Below the pieces are notes generated by a model. It had not been told where the DNA came from. It saw nothing but the letters and a program-made list of their open reading frames with translations, and ran no database searches. A stretch of DNA of 63,829 nt, the filler included, from Hausera hauseri (taxonomy: Eukaryota): NCBI GenBank assembly GCA_046269625.1. It is 12 parts of 12 records of this genome, joined end to end, with 100 filler letters (N's around TTAATTAATTAA, not from the genome) between each part and the next. Parts side by side here need not be neighbours in the genome. Positions count along the whole stretch, not along the records: positions 10,034 to 17,365 come from JBJURY010022118.1; positions 17,466 to 22,990 come from JBJURY010236517.1; positions 23,091 to 29,892 come from JBJURY010063995.1; 9 more parts are not named here. One strand, written 5' to 3'. Numbering within the stretch: position 1 is the stretch's first letter; every line of letters begins with the position of its first letter. Made by a program: the position numbers and the translations under genes. Shown here piece after piece: positions 11,919 through 24,835 of the stretch.

Positions 11919-14900
11919 TGTGACACCAACTCTGATGAGATAAAAAAGTCGCCTAACAACCTTCGTGTGGCCAACTCCTTCCTCCTTTCATACTTTCAGT
12001 GCGTCGATTTTTTTCCTTGATAGTCAGAATTCCAGCAGAACATGGCTAGATTTCCACGCGAAGTAGCTAGCCTCACACAAAATCACCGAATCCTTTCAGA
12101 AAGCCAACAGTTTACTGATTCATCTGCCGCCCAACATAAAATCCTTCGTCATTAATCTATCTGACATTTCAAATCACTCCGACCTCTACAAATCGCTATT
12201 GGACGCCGTATCTATATCAACGGAGCCTTCGCTAGACTCCATAATTCAAAAATACTTCAACGAAAATGCTCTTGGCGAGCAAAAACCTGTAGAATTCCTT
12301 CAAACCCCACTCTCACAACTAAATTCACTAGGCGTGAACCAACAAAATAACGCCGATCTTTTAAAACGTTATTTCTTATCATCCTTGCCAATCCAAATCC
12401 GCGCACTCCTCACTGTAGTGGAGGATTCTACGTCGCTAGACAAACTGGCGCAACTTGTGGACAAAAGTTATGACAATTTTCATAACAATAATGCACATAC
12501 AATGATTTCAGCTTTACAAGCAACGCAGTCACCAGTAATAGTTGCACATATACAGTCAACAAACTCACTAAACAACGCAGACAACTTAGTTAATAAAATT
12601 CAACATCTGTAGGCCGAAAATGCGGCCTTACATCAGGCTATTTTGGCTATATTCAGCAGATTCGACGCTCTTTCCTTTCCGTGTCATGAGCGACTCAGTG
12701 AAAATCGAAGCAGAAAGTCGTCTGTAAACTCCATGGGTGGTCAGTCGCCTTTGCGACGGTTGGTGTGCTATTATCACACCAAATTCAATCAAAATGCCAA
12801 AAAATGCTGTATAGTCTGTAAATTATATACGCAGAATTTTTAATCACGCGATGTAGTATGCATTTATCACAGTAATTTCAAAGACGGTGCAAAGCGCTGC
12901 TTATCTGTGTGTACGTTTTACACCCAGAACACTCCAACTTCTTCATCTATTCAAAAAAAACGCCCAAAGCCCCCAGAAGCTACGGAAAATTCTGGCAAAG
13001 GCCATCTTTCATCATTTTACAGCCGTACTCATGCAGTATTCCTAATGAACGCTGCACTCACATCTTCTCCACACTATACTAAATTCTTAAATGATTTGGG
13101 TGCAGTTGTGTCATTATTACCCTTATCTTTTTATTCTCTAAAAATTCTTCCCACCTCTGCTAGGGTATTTACTGCCAATGGGCAATACTTACGCATTTCT
13201 GGCACTGCAGAAATCTCCTTCACCTTAGCACAGTTCTCTGAACTTTTTCAATGGAAGTTCATTGTTGCTGATATCACAACTCCCATCTTAGGTTCTGACT
13301 TTCTATCGCATTACAATTTACTTGTCGACTGCAGACAGCATCGTGTAATCAAAAATACAATTAATCATACAAAATCACAAAATAATGCACCACTTGTAGC
13401 GCAGTTGGCTGCAACTCCGGAGTCTATATTAAAGATATCCTTTGTTAAACTAGACAAATTGCATGTTGATAACTCCGACTATGACGTTTCCACTCACACA
13501 GTAACAACAAAAACAGTTGCCAACACCGACACAACCTCACACCTCACCTCCCCATTGATACAACTGGACATAGCCATTCGTGACTATATCACAACTTCTT
13601 GTCTTAGAGCATTGAAGAAGGATCCCAATTTTAACCCTGATTCTACGACGTACTATCACATCGTCACTGAACACCAAAGACCAATTAAACAGAAGGTTAG
13701 GCCACTTTCTCCAATCAGACGCAAAGCTGTGAAATCGGAATTCAATGAATTAGAAAAGGCAGGAATTATAAGATCAAAGTCACCTTGGGACACACCTGTA
13801 CACTTAGTGCCCAAGAAGGACGGTACTTTTAGGCCCTGTAGTAATTATCGCCTATTGAACGCCATCATTGTAATGGACGCATATCCATTACAGCTCATCA
13901 ATAATATTCTACATAGACTCAATGGAAACACCATATTTTCATCCATCGATCTTCATAAAGTCTATCATCAGATTCCTGTCTCACCTGCTGACATACCAAA
14001 AACTGTTGTAACAACACCTTTTGGACTTTCTGAGTATGTCTTCATGCCCTTTGGTCTGCGTAATGCCTCTCAAATATTTCAAAGGCACATAGACACAATT
14101 TTTGCTAGTCTAAACTTTGCATTCCCTTACATAAATGATATTCTTATAGACACGTCATCCCCTAAGCAACATTCTGAGAACTTCCGCACAGTTCTTCAAC
14201 GCCTTCACCAAAATAATTTAGAAGTAAATTTCGCCAAATGATCCTTTTTCCAACACAAGATCCATTTTTTGGTCATGTCATCAACAAATTCGCTACTCTC
14301 CTCGACAAGACCGAATAACTCAGCTTAAGGACATTCAATTTCCACGAACAACAACTGAAATGCGCTCTTTTCTTGGCACACTCTACTTTTTTCACAAATA
14401 TGTGTCGCAATGCCCTGAATTAACCGCACCGTTTGCATTTTTATCGTCTGGAAGGAAAAAACAATTAATTCACTGGACTCCTGAACTTGTCAACCAGTTT
14501 GACCATTTATGTGAAGGTTTAAAAACAGTCAAGATTCTAGCTTATCCCAAGTCTAACGCAGAGCTGATATTAACAACAGATGCCTCTACCACAGCAGTCG
14601 GCGCAATACTGTACTAAATTTTTAATAGAGTCAACGAGCCTCTGGAATTTTATTCTCGGAAACTTACATCACCAGAAAGTCGTTACTCAACGTTCAACAG
14701 AGAGCTCCTAGCTATACATTTTTCGCATTTGTTAATTGCCAGGTCTTTTACTATTCAAACTGACCATAAACCTCTTATTCGCATCATGGATATGAAAACT
14801 TCCTCACCTCGACAAGAACGTCACATATCGTATCTGTCGACATTTAGTTTTAAAATGGTACATATTTCAAGCACTGACAATTTGGTTGCCGATTTTTTGT

Positions 14901-16089
14901 CGAGATCGGTTAACATCATTGGAGTCACTCCCATTTTCTCATAGGTAGTACTTCGGCAAAACGTACCAGCACATGAAATTCTTAAGTCTTTTAAATGGCA
15001 CCAAATCATCGACGGAACAGACTATGGCACTTCTAAACCACGTAATCACAAACCAATTCTGTCTTTATTTTTGCAGAAAACTGCATTTCATAACGTACGT
15101 TATTTTCATCATTCTTGTGCAACGTAGCGTTATATGGCCGTCGATGAGATCAGACGTACAGGCTTGGGTTAAGGAATGCGTGACATATCAAAAATTCAAA
15201 ACTCACAAGCATCTGAAGCCACTATTATATTACTTCCCCTGTACATCTCCTTTTGAATCCGTTCATATAGACCTAGTCGGCCCTCTTTACCCAGGCAACG
15301 GTCATCAATTTATACTCACCATGATGGACCGTGCTTCTCATTGGCCAAAAGTCACTCCATTACGTTCAACCAACACATACACTATCGCCGAGATTTTCAT
15401 CAAAACGTGGATCAGCAGATTAGGTTCCCCTCGCTTCATAATCATGGACCAAGGTCTACAATTCGAGTCAAATCTCTTTAAATCCTTAGTCGATCACTTG
15501 GGGATTAAACATACACACTTCTCCATATCATCCCCAAGTGAACGGTTTACTAGAAAGACTTCACCGCACAATGAAGACTTCACTCAAAATCCTTACTGAA
15601 TCACAAATCAACTGGGCAGCTCTCCCACCTCTACCACCACGGGTTGTTCATTAGCTGAAGCACTATTTGAAACACCGATTCGAGCACTTTACTAGTTAAC
15701 TGATTTGGACGACAACCCAACGGACGAGCTAATTCGTAATGCGCAAAATCACTGTCACACTAAACAAAGACTCATTTTGCAAAATAGTAAATTATAACAG
15801 GTCAAATATACCAAATGATTTGCATACCGCCAAGTTTGTCTGACTTCGCAATCCTTCACCTAGTGGTTTCCAACCGCAATACGTGGGACCATTCAAACTT
15901 TTATCATTATCCCCTCATGCAGCTACCATTCTTAAAAGTGTAAAGAACGAAATGTGCACATCACAAACTTAAAACCAGCTTTCTTCATTGATGATTCTCT
16001 AGAAGACACACAAACGAACACCAACCCTTCTGGCACCTTTCTTGATTCCTTTGCTACCATTTAACCCTCATCAAATTTAACTAACTACA

Positions 16090-16873
16090 CACGAATGTTG
16101 GAATCGATGCTATTCGTGAGAATTTGCAGTTTTCTATCAGGGCGTGTCACATGCGAAACTAGCGGTGTACACTTTGATAATTCGGACAAGGATTGCTTCC
16201 TGGATCCGGAAAATAAAGACTACTCGTCGGCATTGACAAAGTAATCCACATTGGATGATAATGTTTCAGTTTCATTAAGTCTTGGATAGACGTTTGTCAC
16301 CGGCGCCGCAGTTGGAACGTTGTCATTCGACTGGAATGTGAGTTCATCGAGTTCTTCATAAATATTTGATATATCAAGATTTAGTAACGTTCCCATCACC
16401 CGATCTCGCTCGGAGACTGTAGAATAAATACCACCTTCCAAATCGTTAATTCTCGATTCCCGAGAAACTCGCAAAGAATCAATGTGCAGTTGTAAAATTT
16501 TTGATTGGATTATACCCGTTCGATATTCAAAAATATTTGAGTTCATTTCCTGATCGGATGCGGCGGCAAATTTCAATTCCGAGACTGATTCAATTAATGG
16601 TTTCAAATGAAACACCCATATTGGTGGTTGAGAACGATTTTTAACCATTTTGACCTGCTGATTTGCACTTAAGATTCAAACGAAACTCGGTTTTGAAGAT
16701 GTATTACTTGTATAAATATAAAGATTACCATTGGAAATGATTGCATAGTACTTGATCCTATGTTTAAATGAAAGCCAATTAATTTCCCGTTCCAAATAAC
16801 CGGAATATGTTACACTTCGATCTTGTAATAAAATTTGAACTGGTAATTTGCAAAAAACACTATTTTTCGCCAT
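16090..16873 (-). pseudogene. SH3BP2-like PH-domain protein, 5' part, with two in-frame stops
   Basis: ORFs 16676-16873 and 16220-16648 share one frame: LPVQILLQDRSVTYSGYL...YAIISNGNLYIYTSNTSSKP...FAAASDQEM, matching the 3BP2-type PH pattern. Confidence 0.7.
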
Positions 16874-17465
16874 GTTACTGCAGCAATCAAAATAATCTTA
16901 AAAGCAAAACTAACACTTTTGAAACTCCACCAAAAAAGACCTTTATTTAAACAAAAAATTTTACATCAAAAATTGTTTTGCATGGCAATCATCGATTGGG
17001 TAAATGTGGGCACCACAACAACCTTCAATTGAGGACAAATCTTTTTTTGATTCTTCCTTTCAACTTTTTGCAAATTTGCAGTCTCCTTCACATCTTCAGC
17101 TTTCTTCAAACACGCATTCTTCAAATTCTGCTTCATTTCATATCTTTCCTCATATATTTCCACGATTGAGCCCTCCCCAAATCCTCAATCGTTCACATCA
17201 CCTCTTCTTTCATCTTCAACCTTCACTAACTATCCTTAGCAACCTTCACTTTCATCAAACAAAATAATACCCACGATAAAATCCGACATTTTTTCCTGGG
17301 GTGATGCGGCGCCCTCTTGCTGTGTTGCCGCGCAACCAAATCGACATTTGCCCGATATCAAATGTNNNNNNNNNNNNNNNNNNNNNNNNNNNNNNNNNNN
17401 NNNNNNNNNTTAATTAATTAANNNNNNNNNNNNNNNNNNNNNNNNNNNNNNNNNNNNNNNNNNNN

Positions 17466-17675
17466 AGAACAAAACAACTGCGGCGGTGGTATATTAATCC
17501 GATCTAATTCGTTTTTATTCGAAATTGGACTTTTACTCTTAGGACTCTGACATTTACCTGAACTAACTGTATGCTGTATAGAACTGACGTTATGGATTCG
17601 ATTTGGTATTTTATAATCACTCATGGAAGGACAATGTTGGGTACGATCATTTATAGTACGTGTTTTTCTTGACAT
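17466..17675 (-). CDS. Unidentified host-like ORF fragment directly after the LTR-like segment
   Basis: ATG at 17675 (MSRKTRTINDRTQHCPSMSDYKIPNR...), open to the contig end. Confidence 0.35.
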
Positions 17676-17685
17676 ACGATTTAGA

Positions 17686-20600
17686 GGCGGAAGCTCGGGC
17701 TCTGCCATGGGCCAGACGAGACTGCAACGGACGCCCGGCCGCGCCTGACCAAAGAGGCCAAAGGACACTGACCGCCGTGGAAACCACATCACCCCCCCCC
17801 CTTGAAAAAGGGAAGACTATAAAGATCAAAATAGATGGAAAGAAGAAATCGCTAAACGAAAAGTGTCTGTATCAGTTGGTCTTAGTGTGATCAAGACGTT
17901 ATGTGACTTCTACTGATTTTTCACTGCTATACTTGCTAAATGGGACTGCGTGTTCTATCTTTATGCGGTGTGTTTGTTTGCAGAGGTTGAAGTTGGGGAA
18001 AAAATTGTCAGACTTTGTTGCGAGTGCCGTGTCGTGCAAAGAAGAGTCAGAACGAAGGGAGGAAGAGGGTGAAGGAGGGAGAGAGATTGTTGGAGACGGA
18101 TGGTTAAAGGTATTCAATAGAATGTTAGAAGACGAAGGAGTGACGAAAGGTGAAGTAGCGGATAAAGGAGGCGAGACGAAAATTGAAATAAAAATTGGAA
18201 TTGTGTTATGAGAAAGAATAGAAGTAGAAAGTGAGGCTGAAGGAGTGGTAGAGAAAGGAAGAGAGCGAGGAATGGAAGTAGAAGGTGTGGAGAATGATGA
18301 AACAGAATTAGAAGCAGAAAGAGGAGGTGAAACTGGTATATAATACAGATAAAGGAACAGCAGGGAGTGCAGGATTGAAAAAAGAGGTAGACGTGTCGAT
18401 TTGTGAAGTGTGGTCGACAAGGAAGGCGGGCTTTAAGTTGGTAATATGTACTGTAAGTTCTTTGCCGTCTTTATAGATAATAGCATTATGTGAAGGCAGC
18501 TGTATCAGTTTACAGGGCCTCAGATACCGCGGCTGAAAACCGCACGGTGTTCGATTTTTTAGCCGTACGAATTTTGCCAAATACAAGTCTTTGGGTAAAT
18601 ATGTTTTGTCTTTGTCAAGTATCCTGCAGAACAAATCTTTGGTAACCGTAACGAAGTGATTTTGTGCCGCCCGCATCGTTTCATCTGTAGGAGTGTCGTC
18701 TAGGGAAGTTAGTTAGAACAATGATCGTACAGGAGCTCCAAATAAGGCGTCAGTAGGTGAGCATCTCGTAGAAGTAGATGGAGTATTTTGCCAGCCAAGC
18801 AGAACAAACGGAAGAAGATTCGTCCAACTAGTGTTGGACTCTGCAAGGATTCTTAGTGACATTTTCAATGTTCTGTAGAAAAGATGTAGAAGGCCATTTG
18901 ATTGAGGATGATAAGATGTAGTTTGCACGTGATGGATCCCCAATCGGTTAACAAGGGATTTGAACAGGTTGGATTCAAACTGTGGACCCTGATCCTTGAT
19001 GATTAAGCGAGGTGATCCAAACCTGCTAATCCATGTGCGAATGAAAACGTCAGCTATGGTATCAGTGTTCGTGCTCCGCAGAGGGATGGCTTCTGGCCAT
19101 CGCAAGGAACGGTCCATCATGGTTAGGAAAAATTGATGACCGTTGTCTGGAGGAAGAGGGCCAACGATGTCTATATGCACGGATTCTAAACGCGATGTGC
19201 AGGAAAAGTGGAACAATGGTGGCTTTAAATGCTTAGTTGTTTTGTATTTTTGGCAAGTCACACACTCCTTAACCCATGCCTGCACATCAGAACGCATTGA
19301 TGGCCACATTACTTGTCGATGGAATAAACGAAAGGTGGTTTTAGCACCAGGGTGGTGTAGCGAATGTATGCTATTAAATGCTTGCCTTTGCAATGATGGT
19401 GCGAAAATTATTATAGAATGACCTGGTTTCGAAGTATCTAAAGCCACGCCGTGAACGATTTTGCAAGACTTAAAAGAATTAAGAATGTCTTGAGGTGACT
19501 GGTTCTGTTGAAGTTGAGCTTGCGTAAAAATCAGTGAAAAATTAATAGAACTAACCGACCTAGACAAAACATCGGCAACTAAATTATTAACCCAATTAAT
19601 ATGTTTTTTGTCGAAGTTAAATGTCGACAAGTATAATATCTGTCGCTCTTGACATGTGGAAGGATGTTTCGAAGCCATGATGTTATGTAAGGGTTTGTGA
19701 TCGGTTTGTATAGTAAAATGGCGAGCAACAACTAGGTAGGAGAAATGCTTTAAAACAAGAACGATGGCCAATAACTCTCGATCGAACGTTGAATACTTGG
19801 TTTCAGGCATGTTAGATTGTGAGAAAAAAATTCTAGCGGTTGATTTTCTCCTTTGTAAATTTGGTGGAGTACAGCACTTACCGCAGTAATTGAAGCGTCT
19901 GTAGTAAGAATGAGTTCTGCATCAGGCTTGGGAAAAGCGAGAATGTCGATGGTCTTGATTCCTTCGCTTAATTTATCAAATTTGTCTACCAACTCAGGTG
20001 TCCACTGGATGGGCTGATGTTTTTTGCCACCGCTTAAGTGTGCAAATGGTGCTGTCAATTCCGAGCTATATGGTACATATTTATGTACAAAGTGTAGTGT
20101 ACCAAGGAAGCTGAGCATTTCGATGGTCGTGCATGGTAACTGAACATGTTTAAGGGCTTCAACTCGGTCTGGTTGAGGAGAGTGGCCGTTTGGTGAAATA
20201 ATGTTTCTTTTTTTATGCTTTTTTTCAAGAAATGGCATTTGTCGAAATTGACTTTGAGATTATGGTGGTTAAGGCGTTGGAATATTGCGCGAAGGTGTTC
20301 CTCGTGTTGTTTGGCCGAAGACGAAACGATCAGAATATCATCAGTGTAAGAGTGCGCAAACGGGAAATTTGAGAGAATCGAATCAATATGTCGCTGAAAG
20401 GTCTGTGCAGCGTTTTGCAAACTGAAAGGCATAAACAAGTACTCGTAGAGACCAAAAGGAGTAGTGACAGCAGTTTTTCTATATCTTCGGGTGTCACCGG
20501 TATTTGGTGGTATGCTTTGGCCAAATCAATGGTCGAATAGATGGTAGTTGAATTAAGGCAATGCAAGATATCCTTGATGAGCGGTAGGAGGTAGGCATCT

Positions 20601-22990
20601 ATGATGGTCAAGTTGTTCAACTGTCGGTAGTCACCGCATGGTCTAAAAGTACCGTCCTTTTTAGTACAACATGTAAAGGTAACGACCAAGGAGATTTGGG
20701 ACGGCATACAATGCCGGAGCGTTCTAGTTCGAGGAATTCGGCTTATGCGGCCTGTCTACGACGAGGTCACAGTGGTCGCACCTTCTGACGTATTTGTCGT
20801 TGATGCTGTGTAATTATGCGATGTACACTGCTGTTTTTAGAGGTAAACGATCAATATTTTTTAAGTACGCGTGGACATGATATGGTAACAAATTGCTGTA
20901 AAATTGTAGGCAACTGTGATAGATTTGGTGATGATGGCGAAACAGTTTGAGTAGTAGCGGATGCGATTTGCGAATTGTTTTGTGATGTGCAGTCAAGTTG
21001 TATTTGGTGTAAGATGGTCGAATTGAAAATGGTGTTGGATGAAGTGATTTCGTCAAGTAAATAAACACTGGTGGTAGTACCACAATTATCGACACTAAAC
21101 CTCGATCGAATATCGATATTATTATTTAAAAATTTACGAATAGAATTATTGTTATGGAAATTCGAATTACTTATTGATTTTCCCAAAACTGACCTCCGTG
21201 TCTCGATTGATTGCACGGTAATCGAAATGCTATTGTCATGCTCAGAAATGCTGCCAGTGATGCCGCTCCTCAGACATCGTTAACTGCATTCAACCAATAA
21301 ATTATAATGTTATAAAAAATTGGACCTTAGAATTGTCGTCTGGACGTTAGCAACTGTTAACGTTCAGTGGAAAGGTGAAGGGAATTTTGGTAAGATGAAA
21401 GATAATTTAGCCGTGCCAGAAATGTGCAGCGGTTGACCTGAAGCGGTGTATAAGGGTTTAATTTTGAATGGTGAATTTTGTACAGGGAAAGATTGTGGTA
21501 ATAAGGAAATAGCTGCACCTGTATCAATGAGGAAGTCAACAGATTGCGTTGTAGGAGCGATGATTGTAGCCTTTAGAGTAAAGACAGCAAAAGAGGCGTG
21601 TCGGCATTCAGAAAGAAAAGCAGTGCCTTTGCCAGAGTTTGCCCTGACTTCTGGAGGCAAATTTAGTTTTTTTAAAAAGGCTAACTAGGACGACTATTAG
21701 AAGAAAAGATAGTACGTCCGTCGTTCGTGTCTGGTTTGAAAGTGCAGCCTGGAATGCATTTACGGGCTTGATTTTTAAACTTTGCGTGGTAAATGCAAAC
21801 AACATTATCTGAAGAAAAACTTGTTATAAAATTTGCACCATAGGCAGCATTTCTTGGCATTCTTATTGAATCTGCTATGATAATAGCAGATTGACGACCG
21901 TGCAGGCAATGGTGACCGGTTTCTAGATGCAGAATGGGCGCGGTCATCAACAAAATCCCTTCCCCTGGACAAGGAAACTCGTTCAATTTGTTGTTTATAT
22001 TGTTAATGGTTGCGTGTAGTGTAATATTTTCAGCACGTAGCTGATGGATTTGTTGTTGTATTGATATGTTATTGGTTTAAATATCGTTAGGGAAAACTGC
22101 CGCCGAAACGAATGGTGGGGAATTTAAGTGTATAACATCATGTGTTTTATCGGCTAATTCGGCCAGTTTTTCAAAAGCCGTGGAGTCTTCCACCACGGTA
22201 TGTAAGGCCCGGATTTGGATGGGTAACGCGTTAAGAAAGTAATGACGCAGTATTTCTGGGTTGTGTTCTTTAGTAACGCCGAGAGTGTGCAGATGTGCCA
22301 AAGACGTGCGTAAAAATTCTGATGGACGTTGTGTGCCTATAGCATTGTTGCGGATGAAGCGTTGTAGGATCGTGTCCACTGAGAGTTCTGTGATTTTAAG
22401 AACAGCGTTGTAGAGTTGTGAGTATAAGTCAGAATGTTCAAATATTTCAAGTATGTTGTGAATTCGTATTTTAGTGTTGTTAGGGAGTAAGAAGAGGAGA
22501 ATGTGTGCCTTGGTTAAAGGATCGATGATATTGTTTGCCTGTAACCAGAGTTGATGGAATTGCAACCAAGTTTTGCTGGAGCCTTGGTTGTCAATGAAAA
22601 ATTCGGTGCAATTAGGGAAAGGAGCGGAAAAGGTTGTAGGTGAAGTATTTTTGGTGGAAGCAGGAGTGGGTTTTTGAAGTAGTATGACTGATTTTGGTTT
22701 CGTCGTGATTTTATCCGTGGTGTCTATGGTGGGTGGTGAATTCATGCCACCGCAAATGGGAAGTGTATGTGGAGGTGAATGTAAGTTGAAAAAGGTTGCA
22801 CAGTCTAAACGGGAGGCACCGCGGAGCCGTGGTGTGTGAGGTAAAAGTCAGATGAGCGAAGAAAAGTAGAGATAATGTAGTAAATAGCCGCAGTGTTTAA
22901 GTGTGGGAATGTATTTGTGTAAATATGTTTATAATTTAAAAAAAAAAGAGGAAATACGGAGAGGTCGTGTAGCCGGGTGCGTGTCGTGGG
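17686..22990 (-). mobile_element. Ty3/Gypsy copy 3, subfamily A, near full length: UBL remnant-gag-pol-PPT-103-nt LTR-like segment
   Basis: gag 22745 to about 21665, FLIDTGA protease, RT, RH, IN 18713-19810; G10TGA PPT at 17789-17801; TGTGG at 17788. Confidence 0.95.
22746..22950 (-). pseudogene. Degenerate ubiquitin-like domain upstream of gag (copy 3)
   Basis: SSDFYLTHHGSAVPPV*TVQPFSTYIHLHIH-(1-nt shift)-PICGG, immediately followed by the gag Met at 22745. Confidence 0.75.
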
Positions 22991-23276
22991 NNNNNNNNNN
23001 NNNNNNNNNNNNNNNNNNNNNNNNNNNNNNNNNNTTAATTAATTAANNNNNNNNNNNNNNNNNNNNNNNNNNNNNNNNNNNNNNNNNNNNGGTTAACAAA
23101 ATGTCAAGAATATACTAGAAATTATATATTACTGGTCTAAAAAATGTCAAGGTTTTTGTTAATTTATAAAATTTTTCGGCATGCTAGGGGAAATTGAAAA
23201 AGTACAGAATGATGTAACATTTATAAGCCCATACTGCATAATCGTAGCTTTGTTTGCAAAGATTTTGTTAATATTA

Positions 23277-24443
23277 CACTAGGGGACAAAAAAATTTTTT
23301 TTCCTTGCTACCTAAAAAAAACATTATAATCTGTTTAACACTGTTATGCTGATTATGAAGGTGCAACCAGAATTTTTGTGACACGTCAGGTTCTTGAGTT
23401 ATAAAAAGTTTTAAATTTTTGATTTTACATGTTGATGTCAATAATTATTAGGTTTGTTATTTATAGTACTGCCTGTTGTATATCTAAATGTTGTTTTCTA
23501 TATTAGATTGATTTTGTATTAACATGAAAATAATATGAAGAGTTTAACGGGGTTTCTTGAATCATCCAGATAATTTTACCCCCGTAAAAAGTGAAGGCTG
23601 GCTATTATGACCACTTTGGTGTCAAAGTACCTGATCAAGACAGAACCTGAGCGCCAGATATTTGCTGCAGTATTTGTTATATGGGGCTCACACATTGGCT
23701 GAATGGCAAAAGGAAGTACATGCCATTTGCCGTACCAATGATATGGCGAGAGCCCAGAGACCATTATTCTTCTACTTTTGCTGGACCAATATTGCTCGAT
23801 ATTCTAAGAAAAATAAATCGACAATTCTGTATCCAAACTGAAATCTGCTTTGAAAAGTGATGTTTGTTTATTGACTCCAGCAAAGTCAGTCTTAAATCAG
23901 TCCTCCTATACAATGGGAATGTGAAGCTATATATTCCGCTAGCCCATGTGGTCGGTTTACACGAGACGTATTATTATATGAAGTTACTCCTCGGCGTCAT
24001 CAAATACACATACCACAACTGGTACCTCTGCGGGGATCTAAAAGCATTTGCAGCTGGGCTTCACAAAGTATATGTATTTCCTGTGCCTTTGGAACAGTCG
24101 TGATGGTGACAATCATTACTTAGTTAAAGATTGGCCTGCAATAACTGGCCGTGTACCTGGCGAATACAATGCACAGGATGAATCTTTGGTTGATCCTTCC
24201 AAAATATTCCTTCTTCCTCTTCATACTAAGCTTGGATTATTCAAAAATTTGTGAAGGTTCTGCCTAAGAATTCCAATAACTTTGTTTATTTTAAAGAGAA
24301 ATTCAACGCGATTCTTACGCCTGCAAAGTTAAGTGTAGGTGTGTTTAATGGACCTGAGCTTTGTGAAGTCATTCGTGATTCTGACTTTTAGCTGCAGCTA
24401 CAGAATATTCAGTCGGAAGCCTGGGATATATTTGTGGCAGTGG
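23277..24443 (+). mobile_element. Chapaev3-like (CMC) DNA transposon, degenerate and interrupted
   Basis: Putative CACTAGGGGAC terminus at 23277; MPFAVPMIWREPRDH..YFC, FIDSSKVSLKSVLLYNGN, CGDLK, LCLWNSR, LPLHTKLGLFK and EAWDIFVAV motifs. Confidence 0.8.
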
Positions 24444-24512
24444 TGTAGTGCCTAGAATGTGGCTGCACTGTTTGAGGCTGTCGAATCGGTGAAAGATTTT
24501 CCCCGCCATGTG
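24444..24512 (+). repeat. 69-nt 5' LTR/U3-like segment of subfamily C, inserted in the Chapaev3 transposase
   Basis: TGTAGTGCCTAGAATGTGGCTGCACTG...TTTCCCCGCCATGTG is about 70% identical (hand alignment) to 29498-29566; homology ends at CATGTG in both. Confidence 0.85.
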
Positions 24513-24835
24513 TTGATGTGTTTCGTTGTGATGTTGTTGGACAAACTTGGAAAGAATGAAAGAAACAAGCGACAAATAACAAGTTAATGTATTAGCTAGA
24601 GAATATTTCCGAAAGATTTAATAAATATGTGACTTGAAAATCGATATAAAGACGATTTTATAAATGGCTGCCAGAATATTGATACAATTTAGCTACTGTC
24701 TAAACTTGTATCCTATCGACAAACACTGAGGATGAGATCAAGTACAATTAGATCAAATCAATCAACTGATAAATGCAATTCTATTTCAAGGCAATCAGAA
24801 TGATATTTACTCTTCTGCGCAGTAAACAAGGTTTG

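Larger units (their letters stand above)
11590..17365 (+). mobile_element. Ty3/Gypsy copy 2, subfamily B: leader-UBL-gag-pol, interrupted IN tail, PPT and LTR start
   Basis: Gag with two CHCC motifs, protease, RT (MPFGL, YIND), TDAS, HIDLVG. The IN tail appears to resume at about 17018 (ends HQTK*), then GGGGTGA and TGCGG at 17305. Confidence 0.9.

Noticed and set aside
10629-12020. A functional E1 + UBL conjugation operon
   Set aside because: The UBA1 piece is partial, frameshifted and mutated in the GxGxxG loop, there is no E2, and other UBL-Gag copies have different upstream sequences.
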